Assembly (NCBI GenBank): GCA_002633005.1
Contig: NMRA01000694.1
Coordinates: 123,742 to 187,741, forward strand
Direction of reading: 5' to 3'
DNA: 64,000 bases
DNA from: Phoronis australis
Taxonomy: Eukaryota; Animalia; Phoronida
How positions within the stretch are numbered: position 1 is the first letter of the stretch; the number at the start of each line of letters is the position of its first letter. A program made the translations under genes and the position numbers. Shown here piece by piece: positions 38,121 to 51,918 of the stretch. The notes under the pieces were generated by a model that was given only the letters and a program-made list of their open reading frames with translations, was not told the origin of the DNA and did not search any database.

Positions 38121-40181
38121 TGATGGATGTAGGACTATGTACGTGATTCTTGGTGACAGACGTGTGACTTGTTATTAAATATTTGCATGACGAGAATGTA
38201 CTTGCTGTGTTAATTTAACTTTCCCTCTTCTAAATAAGTATTGTGCCAACTGCAGAGTGTTTATAAATTAGTATGTCTCTGTTAATGCAGCTACTAAGGT
38301 ACTCAGTTGCCGCATGAAAAGCCTTAATGTGATTGTTACACGTCCAAGACTTATAAACTCGGTGTCTGAAAACTGTGAAACTGTCTAAGCAAAACTAAGG
38401 ATATTACAATTTAAAATTGTGTTTCAAAACATTGAATATGATGGATAAGAAACTACCTTTATGCATTTTGTAAGATGTTAGCTCTGAGATATGATTTCAC
38501 ACTTCTTCTTGGACATATTACCACCTGCTGTATGAGAGCTCACTACACATGGGCGGGCGCTTTGACAAAGGGTGTTATGAATGATGAAAGGGGACCAAGC
38601 AGGGTGTTATGAATGATGAAAGGGGACCAAGCAGAGTTACGTAAAATAAAACTTGTTCCGTTAAACTACATCTTTTCAACCTAGTGATCATACATGTTGA
38701 ATCATCAAAAGTTGGCAAATCCCGGATATAATCCAATTGCTTATAGGTAAAGCAATGCATTTGATGGAGACCTTTTTAATGTGCAATGGACATCAGGCCA
38801 TTGCTTCGGATACGATAGCTATCCCCAATTCAAGGATGAGTTTTCGAACATCCTGAATTCAAACTTCAGCGATTGGGAAATGGGCTTCGCCTTAATTTGA
38901 GTCTGTTGCTCTCGCGATTCCTCATGCATGGTATGATGTATGTATAGTGCGGTTTTTATCTGTTTTTGACGTATATAAACGTTTATCTGTTTAAAACAAA
39001 TGAAGATTTTTATGTTTCTGATTTCTTTTGACTATTTGCTACAGTTAATAACCTTTATGCATGAGTCGGAAGAGTCATTGTACCCTTGAACATTTATCTT
39101 TTACAGTCGTTTTGTTAAATATTTCGAATGTACGGGTTGCAAACATTAGACAGACACATTACAATGTCCTGAGTAGCGCTTATTAGATCAAGTCAACTTA
39201 GAACACACTTCAAGCTAGAATTATATCTTTGAACTGAATTGTTCGTCATTTCGAACCACTGGCCGTGGCCCAATCGTCGACGTCAACATAAACTGAAAGA
39301 GTTCATGTCAAAACAAACCCTCGATGGTCAAGAACTGATGGCAAAAATGTTACGTAGACCATCCGAGCACGTGATTTTCAAGACATTGGAACTGGATGTT
39401 TATCGAGCAGTAGCGTCGCGTTGGACGATTGTGGTACTTTTTCTTTTCTATCAAGCAACATTTTAAAATCATTTCAGTTTTTTGGACGAATTTCGGAACA
39501 AGAATAATGAAACCTGTCGCCCTTATGATGAAAATTTTGTAAATTAGGCGAGCCACATTTTAAAGTATCTCGCAGCGGTAATTGCGTCAAGCTGAAGGTT
39601 CAAACATTCAGGAACGTGCCCCAAACATGTACTGATTTCAAACATTAACGCATGCATTTCTTCATTAAATACAGAACAAGGATATTTGCATTAGCGTAGC
39701 CAGAAGTATTGACCACAATGGCTTAATGTGAAATTATTAACGATGGTGGTGGGGAACTCAAAGTAAAACTACCGGCGTTTCGTATTTTGTGGATACCTAG
39801 AAACACTAACCTGTATTTCCAATCAAACAATGACTGAAATAACGGTGGTGCAGTGTTACATGGTGTTTCAAGACATCTTAAAGGCGGAGAGCCAAGTCAA
39901 AGACAGAATTCGCACAACCTTTTAAAATTTACAAAAGATGTATTAAATTCATTTTCCTAACACGTTTGAGGCCATCACACACGAAATGGAAAATACATGA
40001 TGAGAGAACTCAGGTCCTACATGTAGCCTACTACGATATAGTAGGAGTTCTGTAAAAATAATAGCATCTGTGAAGTTCGTTCGCAATAGTTGTGTTCCGA
40101 ACATTTGGTATTTTTTATGCCGCAAGTATATAAAATGCGCCTCTGAGGGTTATACAGAAATGTTTAGCCTAGTTCAGGTCA

Positions 40182-40437
40182 TTAGGTAGGCTTATTGTGA
40201 GGCCAAGTTCGGCCATAATTAAGCAGCGTAAATCGTACATATTCTTGGATACAGAGTTTCGAATCAACACTCCGTACACCCTTCCCGTCATCGAGTTCAG
40301 AGAGATAAATTTCAGCATCATAGATCTCTGGTACGTGATACATTATGAAAGGAGCCGGGTCCGTGATGGAAACGGGCATTGTTGTACTTCCTGATGGTGT
40401 GTGTGTTCCAAAGTATACTCACCTCGTGCAATTTATC
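40182..40437 (-). pseudogene. C-terminal fragment of an integrase-core DDE transposase (IS3EU-like)
   Basis: After TTCAG acceptor: DKLHEVSILWNTHTIRKYNN, then a frameshift to PFIMYHVPEIYDAEIY. This matches the WNxHxIR...P..MY..PE.Y motif. Confidence 0.55.
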
Positions 40438-40565
40438 CTGAAAATATCGAAAGAGTTGCGCTATAAAAATGATGAAAAGTACTCAGTTTAAGCAAGAAGA
40501 CTTTGCACAAAGAAGTACAGTTTTGCGGTTGTGTAATCAAAACTGCTTACTCGGTCTTATCCCAC

Positions 40566-41498
40566 CATGGGCGGATTTAGGGGGGGCACCCAGGGCCCTG
40601 GGTGCCCCCCCCCCCTTGGCTGCCGCAAAAAAATAAAACAGCAAGAGCGAGGGAAATGTTGAGTTTANGGAACGGAACTATGGCTAAGTATAGGCTCTCC
40701 CGCGATATCCCAGGCGACCGGCAGTGGCGCTGCGCACTACAACTCCGTTTCCGTCGTCTGCTGCATTGTGCAAGCACAGGCGCTTGGGTTTATCGCAAAT
40801 GACGTCACTCAATAATATATATATATATATAAGAAAACATGTTTTCTTATATATATATATTGTGACGTCATTTGCGATAAACCCGAGCGCCTGTGTGTGC
40901 AAGGAAGAAAATTATTTCATTTTTTAAAGAAAATGGAATCTGAGTGACGATGAAAAAACAGAGGCTGCTCGTACGATGTAAATTTTAATCGAAGCCTAAG
41001 TGAATCACTCAGAGACTCATAATTCTCTCTTTGTCAAACCTTAACTTAAGACGATTTCCAAAGCAATCGCGTCATTATTGCCAACACAAAAAACGGATTT
41101 GGTCTTTTGCGCAATTGAAGACTTTTTTAAATACAACAACTTTGTTATGAACAGATTGCACAAAATATAAAACGTGTAATAAGCATTACAAAAAGAAGTA
41201 GGTTTCGCGCGCAAACGCTGTGGACCATAAACAAGTAAGTCTCTTAGTATCAAATTAGGAGTGAAATCGTGGTGGTGCAGTGGTGAGATCAACTCTGTGG
41301 GTATTTCAGTTTTTCCTGTTTGATACGTTCTCGTTTTTTTACTTTTTTTCTTGGATAATACTTCAGGAATCAAGGAAAATGCGTGATTTTTAGACCTCTC
41401 CCCATTCGGTGCTATGCGCATCTACAATCGTGCTTTGTCGGCGCAAATCTTTACAGACAAAATGTTGCCCCCCTTGTGATATCCTAGATCCGCCACTG
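40566..41498 (+). mobile_element. hAT-like MITE with 6-bp TSD (copy A)
   Basis: TIRs CATGGGCGGATTTAG / CTAGATCCGCCACTG. Flanks TCCCAC / TCCTAC. Confidence 0.8.
40775..40895. mobile_element. 121-bp foldback MITE with 8-bp TSD (P-element-like CA...TG termini)
   Basis: TSD TGTGCAAG (40767-40774, 40896-40903). Almost perfect palindrome centred on AAGAAAACATGTTTTCTT. Absent from copy B of the host MITE. Confidence 0.9.
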
Positions 41499-44400
41499 TC
41501 CTACGTATACATAAGAGCCCTGCTAATGGTAGGCTGGTTTAGGCCGAGAGGAAGCCTATTCCGCGGCCAACAAAAAATAGAAAAATACGAGTGATCTTTT
41601 TCATTCTTTATTCAAGGACTGCTTCATTATTTATTTACTGATCACAAACTTCATCGGATATAAATGATCGTAACACCGTGTTAGGGTTGAGATTACTGTG
41701 CAGTCACTGAAATGTAAGACGGACGCCAGTTTCAAGTCCTCTGCCTAAGGTAATAATACTTGTACTCGTCATTTAAAGCGCCACCCTCCACGCCAAAATA
41801 TCATTTTGAAGAACCCCTACAACTGAACAGGGCAGACAAGCGTATAGAGTTGATCCATTACATCCTAGATACGCCTATGTTAATAAGTATAAATTTATAT
41901 TACCTATATAATATCCATGAAGCAGAATCAAACCAACTTTGTCTTTTTCATCACCAGCTCTCGTAAAAAGGCTATCCAATATTCAGCGTTCTGCTCTCGA
42001 ATTAAGTATTCCCCAATACAATTGGCTGTTCGACGGCTGTACAGAAAATGGTGCTCCAAAATCCTGAATCGCTGTTTGTGGTACAGTGCTTGCTTGTAAC
42101 CTTAGAATGTAACGTGAAAACACACCAATTCAGCCATTTGCGCAAGTCACTTTTAATTTGAAGTTGCGTTTTCTGAGCTCCACATCCTCAGGAGCAAGAT
42201 ATGCTTCAAAAGTACTGACATAGTCCTTATAACCAATCCTAGCTTAACAAAAAACCATGTAGTTTAACTGCTGCTCGCTCACGACGTAGCTGAATATTTG
42301 AGCGAGAACAGTGTGTATTTCAACTTGGCTGAGGTCCAGATGAAAAAGATGCGTAACTGTCCATGTTTTAGATCAGCCTCGTTTTCGTGCTCGTAAAATA
42401 ACTGGAACGCTCGACGAATAACTAGGACGCTGGGCTCTTAAGTCGGCGGTCGGGTTAGGAAAAAATCAATTGTTACCATATCCTTTCCCAGCCACCGTGG
42501 GTTTGTGATTGGCTTGCAAGTGAGCGCGAAATTCGCTGATGCTGGTCGTCGTAGCTCTCTCCTTTTTTAATAATGTCTTATGTTTCCGAACGGATAGGGG
42601 CAAATCATAAACAAACGGGTGAATAATGCAAGTGCTGCAGGTAAATTGAACTTTCATATTTGCCAATATTTGCATCCAAAATAGCGAATAATACAAGCTC
42701 AAGTCTCTACAATTAGTCAAAGCAGCTTGATTGTGACAACGATAACAATGTTATAGATCAGGAAAAACGTCACGACTTCAAATCAGTGTTCCCATTGGAA
42801 TAACTGAGCTTGTGCTGAGGTGCTTCATTTGAGGAAGGCACGTTCTATAGCCGTTACAGTAGTTTCTTACATAATTTGATTTATAAAAATCTGTGTTCCA
42901 GCGCCAAAAGATCGCAAAAGTATGTCAAAAGTCCATGAAAATGTTAAAATGGCCGACCTTGGGTTGTAATATCTGAGAAATGTCGGATTGGTTTAAAATA
43001 AAGCTGTCAGGTTTCACGATATTCTCTGAAACGCTGATAGATTTTGTTAGTTAAATGCAGTCTTAGATTACCTGAATGTTTAAAGATTTAGTCCCAACGC
43101 ACACGCAATTGTTGATTTTGGAAAATTATTGTGGAAGCCAGTCTAGATCATCATGGCGAGTAACACGTTTTAGCTGACACCATGTGGTGTTGCACTTGTA
43201 CCACCCGCGTAGTCATTGTAAGCAAGTAGCCAACACTCAGCAGCCCAGTAGAAGTCGTTCTGCGTAGGGAAGATAACATACGTCTGTAGTTTATGGGAGT
43301 GAACGGAATTGTCTCATTGTTTAATACCAAGTTTTATTATTATTCAGAGATTACACATCTCATAATTGTAACCGTAGAGATCACAGTTCAAACACTTCGC
43401 TATCCTTTTCAACATGGTTAATAATAAGCTTTTTATGAAGGGAGTAACTTGAAAAGCAAATCATTATGGAAAACATTGGCAAAACGAGGAAGAAATTCAG
43501 ACAGCTAGCGGAGCATGTTGCAGAGAGGTATTATTTTGGAGGTTAGTTGGAGTTACCATAGCTGTTTCTAGAGATGGTCACGTGATCTCATTGAAAATAC
43601 ATTTCACGAAAATCTTCCAGAGATTTCGTCAAACATTACAAGCGAAGCACGTGATCGCAATACCCTTTCTCGGGCTTGGTTCTACCCCAGAGTTGTGTTA
43701 AGGAGACGGAAGGTAATCGTTATGACGTGCTTCGTTTGTAATGTACATAAATGATGATATCTCACATTTGTGACAGTTCGAGCGGTTGTGATTAATGAAA
43801 TAGAGATTCTCTATATATTTATGGTTGTAATAATTTGGACCTGCGCAGCACGCTCTTCCCCCAAAAAAATATTAGACAGAAAATACAAAACTGAACCAAG
43901 TGGACGAGTTGACTTGAGAAAGAAAATAGAACAGCCATCAATTCTATGCTTAACAACGATGCAATTTTTGCTTTTTTCACGAGATTAAGTTCTGCATGAA
44001 AAATAAATGATGGCATCCCGGATCTGTTGCAAAATACTTTTTTACCATTCTGACGGCACACTGTGTTTAATTCGGTCAGTATTAATATGCGTTGCAGCTG
44101 ATCGGCCGAACTGTTTGTTCTGAAAAGTACATCAATGGCTGTAGATCAAGCAATCAATGCATCATCGGGGCTTCACAACTCCATGATGCCCTAGCGTAGT
44201 TCTGACACTAGGCAACCATGTCAAACAGCAGGAGGTATGGTACTGGACAAAAAGTGTCTCGATACGGAACGCATAAAACAGTGACGCCAAGGGTTACCGT
44301 GCTCTCCGCTACAGGATGTGACGCCGCCTGTTTCCAAGACAACATATGGAAAATAATTTACGTCTACATTGGACGAAAATTTTCTTTAAAAACAGATTCG

Positions 44401-44529
44401 TTAAAACACAGAGTTTATTGTTATGATATCGGAGGGCGTATTTGGTGTCGTCTAATTGGCTATTGTTCAATCAAGAGATAGATGGTATAAACCCTGGTAA
44501 ATAATAGCTACAGGAATGCTTTTTTAGAC

Positions 44530-44985
44530 CGTCATATTAGTCGACTCATGCCCAAAATTAATTGTATACGTCGGACCGGTGTGACCAAAAAGGTATTTTA
44601 CAAAAATGTTATGTCCAATAATTACCTCCAGGACAAACATGCCATTAAGGAAATCATTAGGGATAATGTTAAAGTTTTTAAGCCCGATGATTATCTCGAT
44701 TTCATTATTTATTATCAAAATAGGAAATCCTCTAACTTTGTCATGAAAAATAACATTTCTAAAGCGAAAGTAGATTTTTTGTGAGATTGTATGCGCTGCG
44801 GACGCATGTTTTCGTTCACATGTCAAGCAATGTTACATTGGTCAAACGGTTTGCTGTCTTTCCCATCGGTTATCTATGCATCTTCATAATGGCGCCATCC
44901 ATGAACATTTTGTGTAATGTCAAGAAATTGTGGAAAACTCGCCAATTCGATGTGTTGCGGCGATTGAAAGTATTAGATTAGGGAC
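44530..44985 (+). pseudogene. Penelope-like element remnant (linker and GIY-YIG endonuclease)
   Basis: KVFYKNVMSNNY..D..AIK.II.DNVK...L.FIIYYQNRKSSN.VMKNN, then in another frame CYIGQT.CCLSHRLSMHLHNGAIHEH. Confidence 0.7.
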
Positions 44986-45783
44986 GGTGCTCCGGCAGCA
45001 GCAGAAGGTCTCCAATATAATCTTGGAGACAAGGGACTGTGGAAACAGGTGTTCCAAAAAACTAGGAATTTAATTTGTGTGACAAAATGAGTTTCTTTAA
45101 CCCGAGAATAACTGTCTGAGAATAATTTTCTTGGTCATATAGTCTAGTGAACTCCATTTCGTAACTTCAGTTAAAAGCAATGTTTTCGAAGGCTACTAGC
45201 TGGACTTTGTGACAGTGACAAGTAGAAATAACAGGCTTGCTTTGACAAAACTAAAGCTAACTAAAACTTATAGAGGCACACGGATTAGGCCTAGCTCAGT
45301 ACACGGATCATTTGTGAGAACTTAACTCGGCGGACATATGTTTTGGAAGACTTCCTTGATGAGTTTAATTTCGATGTTAAGAATGATAGGGAGAATGGTG
45401 CAGATACGTATTTTTGACTTTCTTTATTAAATAGGCCTTCTAGAAAGGACAACCACTCATTGTCATGCTGTAATGAAAAGGCCTTTGTTCGAAACGGTTC
45501 CTGAACAACTGAACGTCTTTCACTATATTCTGCGTTCACCACCACCTAGCGGAACCAGCGATAGCGTTACTGAACGGTCCAAGGTTCACACTCTGACGTC
45601 ACGGTGACAATATGGCGGTCGTCCAACAAGGAAGTAAATGTTCAGTCAGATAGTAGCATAAATGGAGGGTAAGAAAACATGATGGGGAACAGATTCTTGC
45701 ATTTTTGGAATAAGGACTACGAGGGGAATCTAATGAGGTCAAAATTATGTGATTTTGTCCAACTCAAAGTGTTGCTCGTGTTG

Positions 45784-48156
45784 TGTGCCGCCCTGACCAG
45801 GTTAGTAGGGAGGACAATCAAAAAGTAGGTCACGGTGCTCCATATCTGCCTCCGTGTAAAACCCACGTCGGTAAATTACCCGATTTCAGACTTTAAAGTT
45901 AACTATAAGACAATTTTGTATTGTAAATCGTTACCTTAGTCTTTATTTGTAAGTTTGTAATCTTTTTGTCTCAAATTGTCGCTGATAAATCATTTTTTGT
46001 AAGCTTTTTTTAGCGCACGATTTTCCGCCATGCGATCAACTTTCGAAAAAGTACCTCTTGTTCCTCCTATCCAAAAGAGCACTATACTCTCAAATACAAA
46101 CATGAAATTTGGACAGGATGTAGTTAGATGCTTGCGCATCTCCTCAAGTTGTTTTCTCGAAGTCAAGGCCAAGTTTTCATGCCGAGTTTTCGATCGTCGG
46201 GAAGGCCTAATTTTGGTCGATCGGGAGATTGATGTTTTTCCAGTTGCGCAAAATGCCCCCCCGATTTTTAGATGAGGAATTTATCACTCTTTTAATTGGT
46301 AATTATTTCATTTTCAGAAATTCTGTCAAACTGCTGCGCATTGGCACTTTTCAAACAGCAGTCGTTAGTTCACTAATGTGATGATATCGTTCCACATTTT
46401 ATAGCTGCTCACAGTTTACTGCCCGATCCAACTTTTGACCTACCCCTTCCCGGAAGTTCAATAATATACATCGTATGCCTTTGTCAGTCAATCATTGTGC
46501 TTTTATTACAACATTACATACCATAACCGGCATGACAACTAAGTCGCCGCATGCCAGCGCCACCAGCGGCTACGTTGAAGTTCAGTGGCATCGCAACTTC
46601 ACCGTTCGAAATAAAGTTGTTACAAAGTTTTTGTTGCGTAAATGATGAAATCCTTCATGTTAAGAGTGATTTGTTTTCCCAAATGGTCTTTTGTCTACTT
46701 TCTGATGTTTTTTGCCATGATACGATCTAATAAGTACATGGGTGGCACCCAGCACTGAAAAAAGTGGGGTGCTATAGCCTCCCCAGCCCCCTGTCACTGT
46801 CAGGCAATGATGTGTTGCCCATGTAGGAGCAAATCTAGGATTTTTAGATAGGAAGGGGGCAGGGCAGAGTATTACGCAGGATTTTATCCGTAAGATATTT
46901 GCACCCTCAAACTGCCAAATGAAATATGGGAGTTTAAGGGGAGCCACGGGCCAGGCCCCCTTGCCCCCCCACATCCACCAATGTGATCTTGTGATTTGAT
47001 GTGAAATTTCCTCCTAGCTCAGATGTATTTATTTCTGAGCTGATGTGGTGTCTTTGCTCTTTACCTTTTAAGCTGTGTAATCCATTGTTTTCATCAAACA
47101 TGATGAGCCTGTTCTATGCTATAACAACACACTTAAACGGCAATATCTCTGTAGAAATCGATCCAAANCACCCTCAAACTGCCAAATGAAATATGGGAGT
47201 TTTAGGGGGGGGGGGAGGGGGCACGGGCCAGGCCCCCTTGCCCCCCAAATCCACCAATGTGATCTTGTGATTTGATGTAAAATTTCCTCCTAGCTCAGAT
47301 GTATTTATTTCTGAGCTGATGTGGTGTCTTTGCTCTTTACCTTTTAAGCTGTGTAATCCATTGTTTTCATCAAACATGATGAGCCTGTTCTATATGCTAT
47401 AACAGCACACTTAAACAGCAATATCTCTGTAGATATCGATCCAAAAATTATGTAATAAACACCCCCATGTTTGTCTCAAGGAGACGAATCTTTTTATTTG
47501 CAGCACATGTATATTCTTTTATTTTTTACGAAATTAGGTAAAAAGGCAGATATTTTATGCATTATTGTCGCGTTTCAACGGCCATTTTCTCGTCAACCGC
47601 TCATCCAATTTTTCTGATTTTTGCACCATTTCATTTCTCACACCAAGGGCTTTTCAAAAATGTATGACACATGGGTATTGTAAACAAAAATAAAAAACGT
47701 CCTCCCTAACGTTAGTCTAGTAACACATCATAGGACATAGACATTGAACTATAAGACAGCTTACCTCACTGGATATACTATAGTCTCTAAAGTCTACTGA
47801 AGCACTAATGAAGGTCGGTAATGCGACATACGTCTTGTCTCTCTCGATTCTCAAGTACGAAGAACGAGTATTACTAAAACTACTAGAACGGCTTACCTCA
47901 GTTCAGCTACCCTCATCCCACTCTGAATTCTACTAACTACTTCACACAGGCTAATATACAGATACAAACGTATGTACACAGTGACTATTCCAAGTCACAC
48001 ACACACAGCAATAGCACGTCTGAACCCTCAGACTTCACAGCGGCAACTCCCTAACTCTGAACTGCTGCTCCACAGGGATTCTGAAAACACCCGGGATGTG
48101 ACGTAACTTCCACGTGACGTCACTACCATAGACTCGCTGAAGCGCGGTTCACTCCA
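45784..48156 (-). repeat. 3' LTR (interrupted by 45806-47708)
   Basis: Direct repeat of 51919-54808 after removing insertions. Adjacent PPT (minus strand AGGGTTGGGAGGAAA, ~48157-48171). Confidence 0.88.
45806..47708. mobile_element. Non-autonomous DNA element, TIR TAGGGAGGAC (hAT-like termini), ~7-bp TSD
   Basis: TAGGGAGGAC...GTCCTCCCTA with flanks AGGTTAG / ACGTTAG. The empty site is visible in the other LTR (GACCACGTTAGTCT). Confidence 0.8.
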
Positions 48157-49214
48157 TTTCCTCCCAACCCTATTTGAAGGAGGATGTTCCCGGGTTCTTC
48201 GGTTCTTTTCCTAATTGAATACCTCATCGCCGGAGACTGCTTCTTAGCTCCAAAAACTAATTTCCAAAAAATGTAAACAGTAGTAAATACAAAAGTAGTA
48301 ACTGAACATATTTACACACTACCTAACTATATTCCTGTATGTATTCCCACTCAATACGCACACAAAACGGAGTCTTAGCTTTTGCTCCACCTTTCTTCTC
48401 ACACACACGCCCACATTCTCCATCCTTTTCCACATTTTCCCCTTAATGAAACGAGGATGTTAAATTATTCCTTGAGTACTCACCCTCATAACTCTCATCA
48501 GGCACTGATGTGCTGACTCCCATGGTTGTATCAATGTGTCTTCTAGTTGGGAAAGGGGATTAACCCCCAACGTGATGGGACTGACGCCTAACTTGCCACC
48601 GACGCCCCTTTCGACGCGGGCTTCCCGCTTGCAGTGGCATTCCCTTGGGAAAGGGTATTGACCCCCGGCAAGTTCGCCACTGACGCTCCCTTCGACGCCG
48701 GCTTCCCACGTACCACGTCAGCTCCTCCGTCACTGGAAGACGCTCACTCAAATGGTAAACATTTCCCTGCTGGCCATCTTCCTGCGACCTTGATCATCTG
48801 AGACATGGTTAAATCGTGCAGATACCACACCCAATTTCATGACTGTACATGGTCCTTGATTCCCGTTGGTTTCATGCCCTCATTGCACTATCACCATCCT
48901 CTTGAATGAAAATGTCCAAGGTCTCAGCATTGTACCAACCAAACCTTTAAAAAACATTAACAGTAATCATTACACAGTATTTCGATTGTGTTTTATTTAA
49001 TTCTCCTATTCCTTAAAACACTCTCGAAAATCTACTCCTCATGCGCCAAATTGTGTAAACAGTTAATAAAACCCGCTGCACCAACCCTTGCACGTACAAA
49101 CCTTATGCACAGAATTTAAGCAACATCTGAAGTATTTCCCTACTTACATTCACATCCACTGACATACCCCAGTCATCACCATTGCATATGGAACCATCAA
49201 CCGTTGCTTGAACA

Positions 49215-49630
49215 TCACCGTAGTTCCTTGTCAATCCCTCTGGACGTTGACGTCGGTTGGTTCTGATGACCTATGTCTGCTGCAGGACAATGTGCTCTGA
49301 AGTGACCAACTTCCTTGCACCGGAAACACTTTTTTCGCCTAGGCCTACTTGGATTGCTGCCACTGCTACCAATTTCTTCACAGTAACAGTTAAAAGTAGG
49401 CCCCACCATATACCTGCTTGCATTTGCCGTTCTGGCGTCGTGTTGGTCTCCCGAAGACACAACTCCTTCGCAGCTTTCTGTAGATTCTGAAGAGTGTTGC
49501 ATCAGCCGTCTTTTCGTCAAAGGACACTGCGCCACAAAATGACTCTTGGTTACAATGGAAACCAGGCCTTTATCCAGGATTTCAAAAATAGGTTGTCCAA
49601 AATGGTGTTCCCAATATTCCAGGGCGTCCA
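49215..49630 (-). pseudogene. Gag zinc-knuckle region
   Basis: CFRCKEVGHFRAHC (CX2CX4HX4C) and a degenerate upstream knuckle (SHFVAQCP). Confidence 0.75.
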
Positions 49631-50011
49631 TGATTCCGACGCATAACCCCCACCACCAGCAATCCCCCCAAACACGCAGATTATTTTTTACAAAAAAATG
49701 CATAGACCAAGCTTTTTACATCTAAGTTTACAAAACAGCTTTCTGTTACAGTAGTGAGCATTTTTACAAAAAAAACTGTGCAGACCAAGACTTACAATGC
49801 TATCAACCGAGTGTGAGCATAGCAACATTGTGTATAGTTTGTATATACATTGTATATTTCTTCCTGCTTTTAAAAAAGATCCATCACTGAGAGTCTTTAT
49901 AGGCTTCCTATTGGTCATTACAATGTCTGTGACCAAACTTGAAAGGTTCCTATTGATAGTGGGCGTCCAAATGATACATTGGGCGTCCTTGCTAGGGCTT
50001 CCATATTAGTG

Positions 50012-51362
50012 CTAGGGCGTCCAAATTGACGCCCAGGACGTACGCTGCATAAAGGCCTGACGGAAACATTTCCGCACTTTAGGCATATAATGACGACACT
50101 CATAGTCACGTCCCTGTCTGTTACTCTTTCTTGGACCTTGTCCCATAGGCCTTTCCCCTGATTTCGCACCAGGGTGTCCACTAGTATCCCTAACTGGTCT
50201 CTCCACAAGCTCTCCCAGCAGTTCATTTTGTTTGCTAACAACTCCAATCAATTCATCAAACTCACTTCCTGTATTTGGCTTTGTTGCACTCGGCATAGAC
50301 ACACTTTGAGATTTTTCTGGTAAGCCATAGCCCACTGTGACATTTGGCGTTCCCTCTGGTTGTGCTGGTGTTGACCCTGAAAATGCTGACACATGGCACA
50401 CTGAATCGAGTGGCATGCGTAGTTTCACTTGCATTTTCTGCACCATCAACGCTTTCACTTCCACTATGGTTCTAGGACTAGTCAGCAGGACAAATTCGTC
50501 ACATTCCTTATCTGAAGCTCCCATGCAGAATTGAGAAATGGCCTCTCTGTGTACCACTTCCATGTTGTACATCCCAAATGCACGTGGTGCAAGTAAATAC
50601 ACTCTCATAGCCCACTCACCTACCGGTTCATCAACGTCCTGCTTTGCCAAGTGTAAATTACAGCTATCGACTTCAGCACTTGTAATTTCATCGTAGAATG
50701 CATCTAATAGGTCTAGCACCTCCCTCAAGGTTACTCTGTTGTCGACTTCCACCTGTTCTACTACAAACTCAAGTGGTTGGCTGTCCAGACACGTGATGAA
50801 AAAATCCACCGTTTCATCACCATGAATGCGATGCGCCTGCACCCATCTACAAAACAGCAACCCAAGCATGCGATAGTTTCCGTAACCGTTAAATCGAATG
50901 TGCTTTAGCACCTGAAGCACATTAGGCAGTGCATACTCACCCTCTGGTCTGCACTGATTTCTGTCTTCCAGGAATCGCTTGCCTATTTGGACTCTAACGA
51001 GGAACATCACCACTGTGGTATACCCGTTCGCCACCTGTTGGCTGTTCTCTATCGTGCACCGTGGTGGGAACCTCTTCTCCCTCGTCACCAGTTGTCATCG
51101 TCACCCTTGGACATTGACTCAACGAGTTTTCCTCCGTCTTGTACCCAGAATCCTCCATTACTGGACTACAATCGCCTCCCCGAAGTCTTGATGTCGTCTC
51201 CTGCCTATCCTCATTAGACGAATTGGAGCGAAATGATCCCTCCTCATGGTCTCTCATCTTTAGGGAGCGGTGAATTGGTCCACATCTTTTCCTTTGGACG
51301 TACCTCTCCTCACCTTCTCTCCCCTCTCTTTCATCAAATGCAGTCATCCTAAAGCAATCCAT
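50012..51362 (-). pseudogene. Gypsy gag (capsid-like) ORF, frameshifted
   Basis: 358-aa ORF with AKQDVDEPVGEWAMRVYLLAPRAF...AISQFCMG..DKE...P.T+.E retrotransposon gag pattern. An upstream 122-aa frame overlaps it. Confidence 0.75.
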
Positions 51363-51900
51363 GACTACACAAAAATAACAATTAAGCCCTACTCACTTGT
51401 CTTACCAATGAAACACAATGAATTTCAAGCACAAACACAGGCAGATTTACTATACTACAACCCTTGTTTCAACCAATTTTACTACAAAACACACCTGAAA
51501 ATCCAAAGTGAAAATTAATTCCAGCAGCTGTAAACAAGTGCACCCCTGAAACACACCTAGAAATATTAACAAGTCCGTTAATTATTTCACAACGTTGCAC
51601 CACCTTTGATAATCAATCAAAGTGGCCGCCCTACTCGATGCTATTCTGAATCAGAGGTTTGCTACTCACAGACTTGATTCCCTAAAGTTATCTCAAAGTA
51701 CGCTTATCTCCACGTATATTTCAAACTAACCTTTCTAAACTCTATTTACCCTGTCGCAAGAATTGAACCTGACGACCAAAACTACAGAGTTAGAAAGAAA
51801 ACCGAATTCAAAAATTCGAAAATCCAATATGGCTGCCAACCCGCGTGGTCCTTTGTCCGACACCGGGTTCCCAAATTTCAGTACTCTTGAGAATACTAAC

Positions 51901-51913
51901 ACCGCTGCCACCA
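51901..51913 (-). promoter_or_regulatory. Primer-binding site complementary to the tRNA-Leu 3' end
   Basis: Minus strand TGGTGGCAGCGGT lies 5 nt from the LTR. Plus strand ACCGCTGCCACCA equals the 3' end of metazoan tRNA-Leu(AAG)-type plus CCA. Confidence 0.75.
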
Positions 51914-51918
51914 AAATT

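Noticed and set aside
38880-39900. Kolobok-like ends GGCTTCGCCTTAA and TTAAAGGCGGAGAGCC
   Set aside because: They face outward and no matching partners were found.
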